Shown: piece by piece, positions 19,863-29,050 of the stretch
Numbering within the stretch: the first letter of the stretch is position 1
How the letters are laid out: each line of letters opens with the position of its first letter
Assembly (NCBI GenBank): GCA_001782805.1
Contig: MFPT01000002.1
Coordinates: 69,401-133,400 of the forward strand
Length of the DNA: 64,000 bases
Source of the DNA: Candidatus Magasanikbacteria bacterium RIFCSPHIGHO2_01_FULL_41_23
Lineage (GTDB): Bacteria > Patescibacteriota > Patescibacteriia > Magasanikbacterales > UBA922
Reading direction: 5' to 3'
The notes under the pieces: generated by a model
What the model was told of the DNA's origin: nothing
Database searches by the model: none
The model's input: the letters and a program-made list of their open reading frames with translations, nothing else
Program-made: the position numbers and the translations under genes

Positions 19863-20147
19863 TTAGACGGTATTACAAATTAAACGTGAAGAACTTTCAA
19901 ATTTTGATTCTATGTGATTATTTGGAACATCAAAATAAGTTAAGAGAGCATCTTCAATCATATAAAGGAGTTCCTGTTTATCTTTCCCCTCTGTTATAAG
20001 TCCGGGCAAATCAGTCGATGTGGCAACAAACCAGCCCTCAGGTGTTTTTTCAATTTGAAATAAGAAAAATTCAGGTAATTTATAATTAACTGATTTCTCA
20101 ATCGCTTCTTTTATATTTTTTAAATTGAAATTAATTTGTAACAACAT
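19863..20147 (-). CDS. hicB: HicB family antitoxin
   Basis: EGWFVA...DLPGLITEG....ELL.MIEDAL; adjacent to hicA. Confidence 0.8.
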   Translation of the reverse strand: MLLQINFNLKNIKEAIEKSVNYKLPEFFLFQIEKTPEGWFVATSTDLPGLITEGKDKQELLYMIEDALLTYFDVPNNHIESKFESSSRLICNTV

Positions 20148-20155
20148 ATATTTTT

Positions 20156-20184
20156 ATACTATCAGAAAAAAATATCATTGTCAA
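20156..20184 (-). promoter_or_regulatory. hicBA promoter (near-leaderless transcript)
   Basis: TTGACA-17 nt-TAGTAT with extended TG, ending 8 nt before the ATG. Confidence 0.65.
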
Positions 20185-20235
20185 AAATATCTGTGAAAAA
20201 TTAGTTTAAACCAACTTTATTCTATTTCTATTTAA

Positions 20236-21057
20236 TTATCCTCCAGCCTTAATAACTTCAGTACTTGTTAGGACAGACCATCCTTCACCATTTTTATATG
20301 CAACACCTAATCTAGTTATTATGTATTCGGGTTGAGGACCACCTGCTGTGGTTCCGGCTATTTGCATCCAGACTCTCCGATATTCCGCATTTAAATTTTG
20401 GAGGTCAGAACTACGTATAGTACGTCTATCTGGTTTTAAGAAATAATCAATTTCGTCACAGAGGAGATTGCGATCAGCCTCACTAAGACTCCCGACATTT
20501 GTACCTGAAACTACAGTTGTAAAACCTTCCATACCATCACCATCCTCTGTAGGATTCGGAGATCTAGCAATTAAGGCTCTATCAATTCTATAATTACTGC
20601 GTGCACCCATTTTATAAAGACGATCAAGTAATACTTGGAATCTTTCCCAAAGCTGCTTTGTTTCCTCAGATGTTGGATAATCTACAGTAATTGTTTTTAT
20701 TAACTGATCAGCTATTAACCTTAACTTTTCAGGAGTAATTTCATATAATTTATCATTTTGAAGTTGACCTAATATGGTTTTGACAATTCCCGCAGGAGAA
20801 GGATCTAACTTTTCTACAGATGCTTCTTGTGCGACAGGAATTTCTTCAGCTGTTGATGTATTATCTGTTGAACCAGACAACTCCTCTGTGTGTCTTTTAC
20901 CATATTTTTCATAAATCATGTCAGCCAATGCCAACTGGATTACTCCTATCTGTCTAGGGGTGTCTGTATCTCTAAAACCCCGTTCAAGATCCTCAAATCG
21001 GATCTCAGCGATTTCCTTAGGAGGAAAATCTATCATACGTCTTTCGGCCATATACAT
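20236..21057 (-). CDS. hypothetical protein (ORFan)
   Basis: 273-aa ORF, AGA/GAT-rich codon use unlike neighbours; no recognisable motif. Confidence 0.7.
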   Translation of the reverse strand: MYMAERRMIDFPPKEIAEIRFEDLERGFRDTDTPRQIGVIQLALADMIYEKYGKRHTEELSGSTDNTSTAEEIPVAQEASVEKLDPSPAGIVKTILGQLQNDKLYEITPEKLRLIADQLIKTITVDYPTSEETKQLWERFQVLLDRLYKMGARSNYRIDRALIARSPNPTEDGDGMEGFTTVVSGTNVGSLSEADRNLLCDEIDYFLKPDRRTIRSSDLQNLNAEYRRVWMQIAGTTAGGPQPEYIITRLGVAYKNGEGWSVLTSTEVIKAGG

Positions 21058-21081
21058 AAATAATAAATAAATTACTTATTA

Positions 21082-21111
21082 AGTATGCCCCCCCCCACTT
21101 GCTTCTGTCAA
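21082..21111 (-). promoter_or_regulatory. promoter with G9 tract in the -35/-10 spacer
   Basis: TTGACA-GAAGCAAGT-GGGGGGGGG-CATACT (18-nt spacer). Confidence 0.7.
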
Positions 21112-21113
21112 AT

Positions 21114-21587
21114 TTAGGTTTTATTCTTTTTAAGCAATCCCATGGCCACTCCTGCTTCCCCCCAAAAATACCCATGGTTATTTTCTCCCACAGAACGATC
21201 AATGGCTTGTTTTTCAATCTGACAAGTAAGCACGCCAAAAATTACAGGCACTCCTGTTTCAAGTCCAAGACGCATTATTCCTTGACTCACGGCTTGAGCG
21301 ATATATTCATCATGCCGTGTTTCGCCTTTTATTAAACAACCAAGAACAATTACCACGTCAACTCTCTTTTCTTTAATAATTTTCTGCGCACTAAAAGGCA
21401 ATTCAAATGAGCCGGGAACTTCCAAAACAAAAATATTTTTCTTGTTCACTCCGGCATTGGACAATGATTTCAAACAGCCGGCCAACAAATTATCCGTTAT
21501 ACTATTGTTCCACTGTGCTTTTACAATTCCAATTCTTAATTTATTGCCGTTCAATTTTTTATGTTCGATTATTTTTTTTGAGATCAT
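21114..21587 (-). CDS. ribH: 6,7-dimethyl-8-ribityllumazine synthase
   Basis: VPGSFELP, LGCLIKGETRH, PVIFGVLT, QAIDR. Confidence 0.96.
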   Translation of the reverse strand: MISKKIIEHKKLNGNKLRIGIVKAQWNNSITDNLLAGCLKSLSNAGVNKKNIFVLEVPGSFELPFSAQKIIKEKRVDVVIVLGCLIKGETRHDEYIAQAVSQGIMRLGLETGVPVIFGVLTCQIEKQAIDRSVGENNHGYFWGEAGVAMGLLKKNKT

Positions 21588-21607
21588 ATTATTTTTTTAA
21601 TTTAAAT

Positions 21608-21803
21608 CGTAATTAATTTCGTTTTTCCTAAGTCTTAATCAAACTCCTTTTTCTAAGTCTTAATCAAACTTCACTGATCCTCTTTTTTTCAACTGATAGT
21701 CTAACGGATTATGCATTCTCAACAAGTTAGTATACTCAGCTTTCAGAAAAAGAGGATTCAGTTCCAGTTTGATTATTAGTATATTGGATGTTTCGCTGTT
21801 GCA
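21608..21803 (-). repeat. family A copy A3 (113-nt hairpin 21662-21774, core 21688-21744, tandem ~25-nt tail units)
   Basis: Hairpin differs from copy A5 at only 4 positions; tail AGTTTGATTAAGACTTAG is duplicated. Confidence 0.92.
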
Positions 21804-21832
21804 TATGTTGAATTAAATAAACAGTGCGTTGA

Positions 21833-21930
21833 TTAAAATAAAAATGGAACGGATGTAGCTTTTTTGAGTCCGTCCCGGTCGGGCGGATCTCAGAAAAAGA
21901 TACGCAGTGAATTTTTATTTTAATTTCCTG
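21833..21930 (+). repeat. related hairpin subtype B, copy B1
   Basis: AAAATAAAAAT-GGA-...TTTTTT..loop..AGAAAAA...-GAA-TTTTTATTTT-AATTTCCT, matches 50091-50186. Confidence 0.8.
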
Positions 21931-21947
21931 ACGTGTTTATCGAATCG

Positions 21948-22535
21948 TTATTTCTTTAAAAACTTTTCAACATATTTCCCGATCACATCAACCTCCACAT
22001 TCACCAATTGCCCAACCGCAATATTTTTCCATGTTGTCCGTGCCATTGTTTCTTTAATCAAAGAAACTGTTACCAAATTCCCTTGCAATCGCGCCACAGT
22101 TAAACTAATTCCATCGAAAGTAATCGATCCATGAAGAATAACATATTTTTTTAATTTTGCCGGCAATTTAACGCCAACTAAAGTGGTTTTACCATCAAAT
22201 TCAACAAATACCACCGATGCAAGCGCATCAACATGACCTTGAACCATATGTCCGCCCAGCCGATCGCCCACGCGCAAAGCTAATTCCAAATTAAAATGAT
22301 CATTTTTTTTAAGCTTTACCAAAGTAGTCTTACGCTTTGTCTCCGGCATCACTTCAAACATCAAGTCGAACTTTAATTTCTTAACCAAAGTCAGGCAGAC
22401 GCCGCTGATAGAAACACTATCGCCCACTCTAATATGTCCAATCTTATTTTTTGGTTTAAGGCTAATATACGCACGCTCTTTTTTCTCAATTAAGCCAGTT
22501 ACAAGACCAACGGTTTGTACAATTCCCGTAAACAT
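21948..22535 (-). CDS. ribE: riboflavin synthase
   Basis: MFTGIV start, GDSVSISGVCLT, RLGGHMVQGHVD, GSITFDGISLT, VNVEVD. Confidence 0.96.
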   Translation of the reverse strand: MFTGIVQTVGLVTGLIEKKERAYISLKPKNKIGHIRVGDSVSISGVCLTLVKKLKFDLMFEVMPETKRKTTLVKLKKNDHFNLELALRVGDRLGGHMVQGHVDALASVVFVEFDGKTTLVGVKLPAKLKKYVILHGSITFDGISLTVARLQGNLVTVSLIKETMARTTWKNIAVGQLVNVEVDVIGKYVEKFLKK

Positions 22536-22536
22536 A

Positions 22537-22902
22537 TTATTTTTTTCGTGCTGTTCGTTCGGCAAAAAATTCATTGACCAAACGGACATCAATCGCAATT
22601 TTTTCTTTTAACTCATCGACTGAATCATAGTGCTCTAACTGGCTCACTTTTTGAATAGGCGAAACACGAATCTCTTCACCATAAAAATCCGGTCCCGTAT
22701 AATTAATAAAATAAACCTCAACCTTCCACGGATTATCATTAATTACGAGAGCACCATAATAAACTGAATCCCGCAATACCGCTTCGGCCGCATACACGCC
22801 AACGGCAAATTTTACCTCTGTCGGATGAACATTAAGATTGGCCGTAGGATAACCCAGACCTCTGCCAAATCCATCACCCTGAACTACAATCCCGCGCAAC
22901 AT
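22537..22902 (-). CDS. stand-alone riboflavin kinase
   Basis: G.VVQGDGFGRGLGYPTANL, GVYA, VEVY, DFYG; no FAD synthetase domain. Confidence 0.9.
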   Translation of the reverse strand: MLRGIVVQGDGFGRGLGYPTANLNVHPTEVKFAVGVYAAEAVLRDSVYYGALVINDNPWKVEVYFINYTGPDFYGEEIRVSPIQKVSQLEHYDSVDELKEKIAIDVRLVNEFFAERTARKK

Positions 22903-22903
22903 A

Positions 22904-24169
22904 TTATTTATTAAGTTTTTCCAGAGCCGCTTTTAAACCCTTGTCGATAAACGCATCAGACGAAGACGCAGTCATGCCCGGTTTTTGTTCAAACATTTTT
23001 TCAATGATCGTGTCCGGCTCAATTCCCTTGCCGTCAATTTCACGATTCAGCGGAGTCAGCCACTTGGCAATGGTTAACTTAAGAGCGGAGCCATCGGGCA
23101 ATGGTTCCACATCTTGCACCGAACCTTTGCCAAAAGTTTTTTTGCCCAATAATGTCGCGACTTTATAATCTTGCAATGCTCCGGCCACAATTTCCGCGGC
23201 CGAAGCCGTGCCTTCATCAACCAAGATTATCGTGGGAATAGCGCCGAATACATATGGACCACTCGTGCGAATATCACGCATTTGGGCATCGGAAGAACGT
23301 TCACGCAAAACTACTTTGTTGTCCAACCAAGCGCTAGCCACATAGACTGATTGATCCAAAATTCCGCCCGGATTACTCCGCAAATCCAAGACAATTCCCT
23401 GTGGTCGATTAAGCGTTCGGCGAATATCGCGCACCACGGCATCAAATTCCTGACTGGTTTTATCATTAAAATAACCAATCCGAATATAGGCGATATTCTT
23501 TTCTTCTTGTTTCCACGTCACACTAGGAACAATAATTGCCGCTCGCACAACAGAAACATCGTGCGTTTGTTTCGCTCCACTCGACAAAATAGTTAATTTA
23601 ACACTACTGGCTTTTGGGCCACGAATTTTCCCCACTGCTTCGCTCAGCGACAAGCCAAATGTTTCTTTATCATCAATCGCCACAATTACATCTTGCGGTT
23701 TTATTCCCGCGCGTTCAGCGGGCGAACCGGGAATTGGAGCAACCACAATAATTTGATCTTTTTGCATGCCGACTTCCATCCCCACACCTTCAAATTCACC
23801 GGACAATTCTTTCACAAATTCTTCGGCTTTAACCGGAGGAAAATACATTGAATACGGATCACCCAATCCGTTAACCATGCCTTGAATCGACGCGTAAAAA
23901 ATTTTTACATCGTCAACCGGCTGACCAACATATTTTTTCTTAATTTTATTCCAAACATCCCAATATTGATCAAAACTAACTTGAGGCGAACGAGTCCGAC
24001 TATAAAGATCAATCACGCGACTAATTTCCACTTTTTGACCGCTTCCCGTAATTTGCTCGCGCACTAAGCGTGATGTTCCTAACCACCAACCAGCCACAAA
24101 ACCAACCACAATAAGACAAAAAGTTTTTATATAGCGAGACAGGGCAGTCGTATTAGAATGAGATAACAT
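22904..24169 (-). CDS. ctpA: C-terminal processing protease (S41, PDZ)
   Basis: LGDPYS, LDLRSNPGG, TASAAEIVAGAL, TFGKGSVQ. Confidence 0.93.
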   Translation of the reverse strand: MLSHSNTTALSRYIKTFCLIVVGFVAGWWLGTSRLVREQITGSGQKVEISRVIDLYSRTRSPQVSFDQYWDVWNKIKKKYVGQPVDDVKIFYASIQGMVNGLGDPYSMYFPPVKAEEFVKELSGEFEGVGMEVGMQKDQIIVVAPIPGSPAERAGIKPQDVIVAIDDKETFGLSLSEAVGKIRGPKASSVKLTILSSGAKQTHDVSVVRAAIIVPSVTWKQEEKNIAYIRIGYFNDKTSQEFDAVVRDIRRTLNRPQGIVLDLRSNPGGILDQSVYVASAWLDNKVVLRERSSDAQMRDIRTSGPYVFGAIPTIILVDEGTASAAEIVAGALQDYKVATLLGKKTFGKGSVQDVEPLPDGSALKLTIAKWLTPLNREIDGKGIEPDTIIEKMFEQKPGMTASSSDAFIDKGLKAALEKLNK

Positions 24170-24170
24170 A

Positions 24171-25457
24171 TTATGATTGTGAACGAATTATTTTGGCTCC
24201 AAGACTCTGTAAAGTGGTTTCAATCATTGGATATCCGCGATCAATGTGCTCGACTGCTTCTACAGTAGTATTCCCATGAGCGATGAGGCCGGCCGCCACA
24301 TGAGCCATGCCTGCCCGCAAATCAGGGGCAAATAATTTTCCACCACGCAAAATGCTTGATCCATTCACAATCACGCGATGCGGATCGGCAATCACAATAT
24401 TCGCGCCCAGACCATTTAAATAATCCGCAAAAAACATTCTGCCCGGATACATTTTTTCAAAAAACAACATTGAACCTTTTACTTGAGTGGCGAGTACGAT
24501 CATCAAACTCATCATATCACTGGGAAAACAGGGCCATGGTTGGGAATAAATTCCTTTGGTTCTTGCCCAAACCGGATCAGTAATTTTTTTAGTTTGTCGA
24601 CTAGGCACAATTAAAACATTCTCTTGAAAATGCCAACGCGCGCCCAGCTTACCAAAAAAATATTCAAACGGTTTTATATCGGCCGCTGACACATTGCGAA
24701 TTTTAAGTTCTCCGCCCGTTATAATCGCGAGTACGATCATAGTTCCGATATAAATAAAATCCGGCGGCGTTGTTACCGTGGTGCCGGCTATTTTTTTTAC
24801 TCCTTCAATTATAAGTCTATTGGTTCCCGCCCCTTGAATTTTTGCACCCATTGAATTTAACATTTCCGCCAGTGCTCGGACATGCGGTTCAGCCGCCGCA
24901 TTATCCACCGTGGTTGTGCCCGACGTCAAAACCGCGGCCAGCATAACATTTTCTGTTGCCGTTACACTAGGTTCATACAAAAAAACCGATTGCCCGCGCA
25001 ATCGTCCTTTAAGGCAAAAAATATCGTCTGACAGAAAAGAAATATGAGCGCCGAGTTGGGATAAACCATCAAAATGCGCGTTCATTTCCCGCGGACCGAT
25101 TTTATCTCCGCCCGGTAAAGTGCTGGTGACTGTTCCAAAGCGCGCTAACAATGGCCCCAAAAGCGTATTGCTTGCCCGCAGTTTTTTCGCCAGTTCAGAT
25201 TTAATTACTGTTTTTTTAACACTAGCCGCGTTAATTTCCAATATTTTATTTTTTTTATCATGAATAACAGTCGCGCCCAAATCCTGTAAAATTTCCGCCA
25301 TAACCAAAACATCACTGATTGCCGGAACATTATTAATGATTACGGTTTCAGTGGTCAAGAGCGCAGCCGCCATCATTTTTAAGACTGCGTTTTTATTGCC
25401 GATTGGTTCGATTTCTCCATTGAGCGGTTGTCCGCCTTCAATCACGAATTTTGCCAT
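24171..25457 (-). CDS. murA: UDP-N-acetylglucosamine 1-carboxyvinyltransferase
   Basis: GNKNAVL, LRAS..LLGPLLAR, PGGDKIGPR, SVTATEN, DLRAG, IDRGY. Confidence 0.95.
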   Translation of the reverse strand: MAKFVIEGGQPLNGEIEPIGNKNAVLKMMAAALLTTETVIINNVPAISDVLVMAEILQDLGATVIHDKKNKILEINAASVKKTVIKSELAKKLRASNTLLGPLLARFGTVTSTLPGGDKIGPREMNAHFDGLSQLGAHISFLSDDIFCLKGRLRGQSVFLYEPSVTATENVMLAAVLTSGTTTVDNAAAEPHVRALAEMLNSMGAKIQGAGTNRLIIEGVKKIAGTTVTTPPDFIYIGTMIVLAIITGGELKIRNVSAADIKPFEYFFGKLGARWHFQENVLIVPSRQTKKITDPVWARTKGIYSQPWPCFPSDMMSLMIVLATQVKGSMLFFEKMYPGRMFFADYLNGLGANIVIADPHRVIVNGSSILRGGKLFAPDLRAGMAHVAAGLIAHGNTTVEAVEHIDRGYPMIETTLQSLGAKIIRSQS

Positions 25458-25520
25458 AGTGTGGACAGATACAAATAATCTAGTATAATCATACTGCATT
25501 TATCCTCATTTGGCAATTGT

Positions 25521-26849
25521 ATGAAAACCCGTTCAAACGATCCGCTAATAACGCATCTAACCCAGTTTAAAAGACGTTTTATCATGATTTGTTTAATCAC
25601 TGTTTTTTTTGTTTTGTCACCCATGATTATTATGTACACGGCCGGCCTGCGCTTTAATTTTCAAACCAAAAAGCTAGAATCAACCGGAGCTTTAAATATT
25701 GATATAGAGCCCAAAAATGCTGATATATTGATAAATGATATTCGAATTACCCAAAGTATGCCGATCCGTCTAACCAGTTTAGTGCCCGGCACTTATCGAG
25801 TGAGCATCAGCCAAACGGGATTTCATTCATTAAAGAAAGATTTTTCCGTTCATTCGGGTGAAACAACGTATCTTAAAGATACTAATTTATTTAAAGTAAC
25901 TGAGCCGCAAAAAATCGCGAGACTTGATAATCCAATTACTAAGCTGTGGTTGAATGACTCGACAATTCCATTGATATACGGCTACTACAATGTGAGTAGC
26001 ACCCAATTCATGTTCAAAATATCCGGATCAGATTATTCGGAAACACCGTTGGCGTCTGAGGCAAATTTTTCTTGTTCGGCCAGCAAACGATATTGTGCCA
26101 TATTTACAAAAGCAGAAAATACCTTGACCATAATTGATACGCTTAATTCCGCCAATCAGCGTATAGTTACTGTGGCATCCAGTTCAAATCAGTTATTATG
26201 GAATCATTTTTACAAAAGTCCGCTTTTGTTTATTGGAACGAACAAAAAAATTACTCAACTGAATTCCAATTATTCTCTGACTGAACTAGCCGCACGTAAT
26301 GCTTCGATATGGTTTGTCGCGGATAATCAAACAGCCTGGATTTATAGTAGCGGAACAATTCAAAATCTGAACGATCCCAAACAAAACTTTAGTTTTAGCC
26401 ATAATCAATCATTAGAAGAAATTATTGATATCAGGAATGATTTTGCTTTGTTAAAAACAAGCAAAGATATTTTTTTGATTAAAAATCCGGGACAAACCAA
26501 TCAGACAGAAAAAAATATCGGAGCCGGAAAATGGGAGTATCATGCCCCAACCAAGGAATGGCGTCTGGTTTCGCCATGGGAAATTACGAGCATCTACAAC
26601 AATGGCGCGAGTACGGTTTTGTATCGAAGCGACTCAACAATTCAGTCAGCGCATTCATTGGACAAAAATGGCTTAATTTTAATTGTGGCGAATAATAAAT
26701 TAATTGCTTTTAATCCGGGCTATTATCTTAGTCAGGAATTGGCGGAATTTGAAACGATTGAAGCAGTTGATACTGACGAAAATGAGCGAATAATCGCCGT
26801 TGCCGGCACTTGGCGAGGTGAACGCGGGATATATACACTAGCGTATTAA
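25521..26849 (+). CDS. membrane-anchored PEGA-domain protein
   Basis: N-terminal TM, then TGALNI...P..A.I.IN...L.PGTY.V.IS..GF; beta-rich C-terminus. Confidence 0.75.
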   Translation: MKTRSNDPLITHLTQFKRRFIMICLITVFFVLSPMIIMYTAGLRFNFQTKKLESTGALNIDIEPKNADILINDIRITQSMPIRLTSLVPGTYRVSISQTGFHSLKKDFSVHSGETTYLKDTNLFKVTEPQKIARLDNPITKLWLNDSTIPLIYGYYNVSSTQFMFKISGSDYSETPLASEANFSCSASKRYCAIFTKAENTLTIIDTLNSANQRIVTVASSSNQLLWNHFYKSPLLFIGTNKKITQLNSNYSLTELAARNASIWFVADNQTAWIYSSGTIQNLNDPKQNFSFSHNQSLEEIIDIRNDFALLKTSKDIFLIKNPGQTNQTEKNIGAGKWEYHAPTKEWRLVSPWEITSIYNNGASTVLYRSDSTIQSAHSLDKNGLILIVANNKLIAFNPGYYLSQELAEFETIEAVDTDENERIIAVAGTWRGERGIYTLAY

Positions 26850-27926
26850 TTATAATTCCACGATGGATTTGTCGCCCAAAATTAGCATGCTTGCTTCAGT
26901 CGCGCGCCGACGAATAGTGACTTTTTTACCAATTAAGCTGTGGGAAATATTTTCTTCACAATCAATGGCGCAATTGTCAAGGACAATGCTTTTGGTAATT
27001 TGGATGCCACTAAGCTCAGTCCCTTGCCCGACTGTTACGTAGGGACCAATTGTGCAATTTTCCAATACACAATTTTCACCAATAATAACCGGACCAATTA
27101 AGCGTACGCGATCGCCAACACGCGCGCCAATGCCAATGTGCACCACGCCCGAAATTTCGGCTGATCCAACTAATTCATCCGGCAATTCCCGTGATTCAAT
27201 TTTATCCAAAAGCAGTTGATTAACCAGCAGAAGATCTTCGTGCTTACCTGTATCTTTCCACCATCCGGTAATTTCTTTATGTCCAACACGACGACCGTCT
27301 TTCAAAAATAAAGAATGAATACTGGAAATTTCGTATTCGCCACGCGCGCTCTTGGTAATTTTATTGAATGCCTCAAAAAATAATTTTGGACCATATAAAT
27401 AAATTCCCGTAACCGCAAAATTATTCGGCGGATTGGCTGGTTTTTCATGCACATCAATCAGTTTTCCGGCCGAGTCAAAAATCGGCACACCAAAACGTTC
27501 CGGATCCGATACTTGTGACAGCGCGAGCAAACAATCAAAATCACCGCGATTAAATTCTTCCACCAATGGCTTTAAACTGCCCAATAAAATATTATCGGAC
27601 AAATAAAATAAAAAGGGTTCATCGCCAATAAATTGTTTGGCTTCGTTCACGACATGCGCAATTCCTTGCGGACCGCCCTTTTGTTCAAAAAATTTTATGC
27701 TAATCCCCCAATGCCCGCCATCACCGATATATTGCTCAAGTTCGGTTTCACCGGGATTCACATTAATAAAAATTTCTGTAATGCCGGCTTCGACCACTTT
27801 ATCAATGGCATGAAAAATCATGGGTTTATTTGCCAATGGCAAAAGATGTTTGTTAATGGTGGTTGTTATGGGATAGAGACGTGTCGCGCGACCACCTCCG
27901 GTTAAAATTGCTTTGCGTATTTTCAT
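26850..27926 (-). CDS. rfbA: glucose-1-phosphate thymidylyltransferase (long form)
   Basis: GG.ATRL.P.T...NKHLLP, EKP, SARGEYEI, WWKDTG, hexapeptide C-terminus. Confidence 0.9.
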   Translation of the reverse strand: MKIRKAILTGGGRATRLYPITTTINKHLLPLANKPMIFHAIDKVVEAGITEIFINVNPGETELEQYIGDGGHWGISIKFFEQKGGPQGIAHVVNEAKQFIGDEPFLFYLSDNILLGSLKPLVEEFNRGDFDCLLALSQVSDPERFGVPIFDSAGKLIDVHEKPANPPNNFAVTGIYLYGPKLFFEAFNKITKSARGEYEISSIHSLFLKDGRRVGHKEITGWWKDTGKHEDLLLVNQLLLDKIESRELPDELVGSAEISGVVHIGIGARVGDRVRLIGPVIIGENCVLENCTIGPYVTVGQGTELSGIQITKSIVLDNCAIDCEENISHSLIGKKVTIRRRATEASMLILGDKSIVEL

Positions 27927-27949
27927 ATTATTGTACGAGCGATAAACTT

Positions 27950-29044
27950 TTACCACCAAATTAAAGTTTTAACAATCAGCCAATAATACGCCGTCATAAT
28001 AGGATTGCCAACATAATTGACGATTGGATTATCAGTCGATTTGTCTTGAAAATAAATTCCCGATGTGGCCAAATTAAGCAAATCACGATCGCGAATTTTC
28101 CGCATTGCCTGGATATGAGTGCGTTTCTTGAACCACAATTGCCAGCTCGATTTTTTAAGCCAATACGCATACACTTTTTTGCGCTCGTTCCACCAACCGC
28201 CTTTAAGGGCAAATAAAACTAATCCTAATTCAAGAATTAAAGCCATGGGCAACAGTAAAATTAAAGTTGGCCAACGAAAAAACATGAGCATGGTTCCATA
28301 ACGATTGCGTTCCATCCAAAAAAACTTGGAGATACTTCGGCTGAATTGATATTTATGATAAAAAACCGAATCGCGAACCAAGACTATTTTGTACCCAACC
28401 ATACGTAAACGAAATGACCATTCCAAATCTTCGTGATACATCCAAAAATCTTCATCCCACATCCCATACTGACGAATAGTAGCGGTACGAATAAGAAGGG
28501 CTGCTCCGCTCGCGTACGCGATTAATTTTTGCGGCGGCAAATTCAAATCTTTTAACTTATGCCGATATTCATTGCAAAAACCAAAACCCAAATAATGAAA
28601 CGCATTGCCCATACTATTAACCAACTCAGTTTCCGGATGCAAAAGCATGAGAGATTGCGCCGCGCCAATTTTGGGATTATTTTCCATTACTTGGACGATC
28701 GGCTCCAAACAATTGGCGGCCATAAAGCCGTCATTGTTATGGAAATACACATAATCAAAACCATTGTCCAAAGCCCAACGCGCACCCACATTATTGCCGG
28801 AACCAAAACCAAAATTTTCTTTTTGAGCTAAAAGTGTAACATGAGGAATTTCCCCGCCGGAAAGTGGGAAAATATTTTCTTCAATATATTTGACTGACGG
28901 CCCAAACTCCGGATGCGGATTGTCAACAATCACAAACTCCACTCGATCATGCGGATAGGTTAATTTTTTCAAGGATGAAACCACATCATCAATATATGGC
29001 TCGCAATGAAAAGATAAATAAATGATCGCGATTTTTGGTTGCAT
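27950..29044 (-). CDS. GT2 glycosyltransferase
   Basis: VDN, NFGFG.GNN, NND, YHEDLEWSFR. Confidence 0.9.
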   Translation of the reverse strand: MQPKIAIIYLSFHCEPYIDDVVSSLKKLTYPHDRVEFVIVDNPHPEFGPSVKYIEENIFPLSGGEIPHVTLLAQKENFGFGSGNNVGARWALDNGFDYVYFHNNDGFMAANCLEPIVQVMENNPKIGAAQSLMLLHPETELVNSMGNAFHYLGFGFCNEYRHKLKDLNLPPQKLIAYASGAALLIRTATIRQYGMWDEDFWMYHEDLEWSFRLRMVGYKIVLVRDSVFYHKYQFSRSISKFFWMERNRYGTMLMFFRWPTLILLLPMALILELGLVLFALKGGWWNERKKVYAYWLKKSSWQLWFKKRTHIQAMRKIRDRDLLNLATSGIYFQDKSTDNPIVNYVGNPIMTAYYWLIVKTLIWW

Positions 29045-29050
29045 ATAAAA

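Noticed and set aside
21688-21744. Hammerhead/hairpin ribozyme or group I intron fragment in the 57-nt core
   Set aside because: Only partial words match (CTGATAG, AGACTA, GTATA); required partner motifs are missing.
21662-21774. Canonical integron attC site
   Set aside because: AAC/GTT is not conserved across copies, spacers are shorter than canonical, flanking genes are housekeeping and no intI is in the window. Kept only as an architectural analogy.
21600-21940. FMN riboswitch in the rib cluster
   Set aside because: RFN conserved motifs are absent; the region consists of family A/B repeats.
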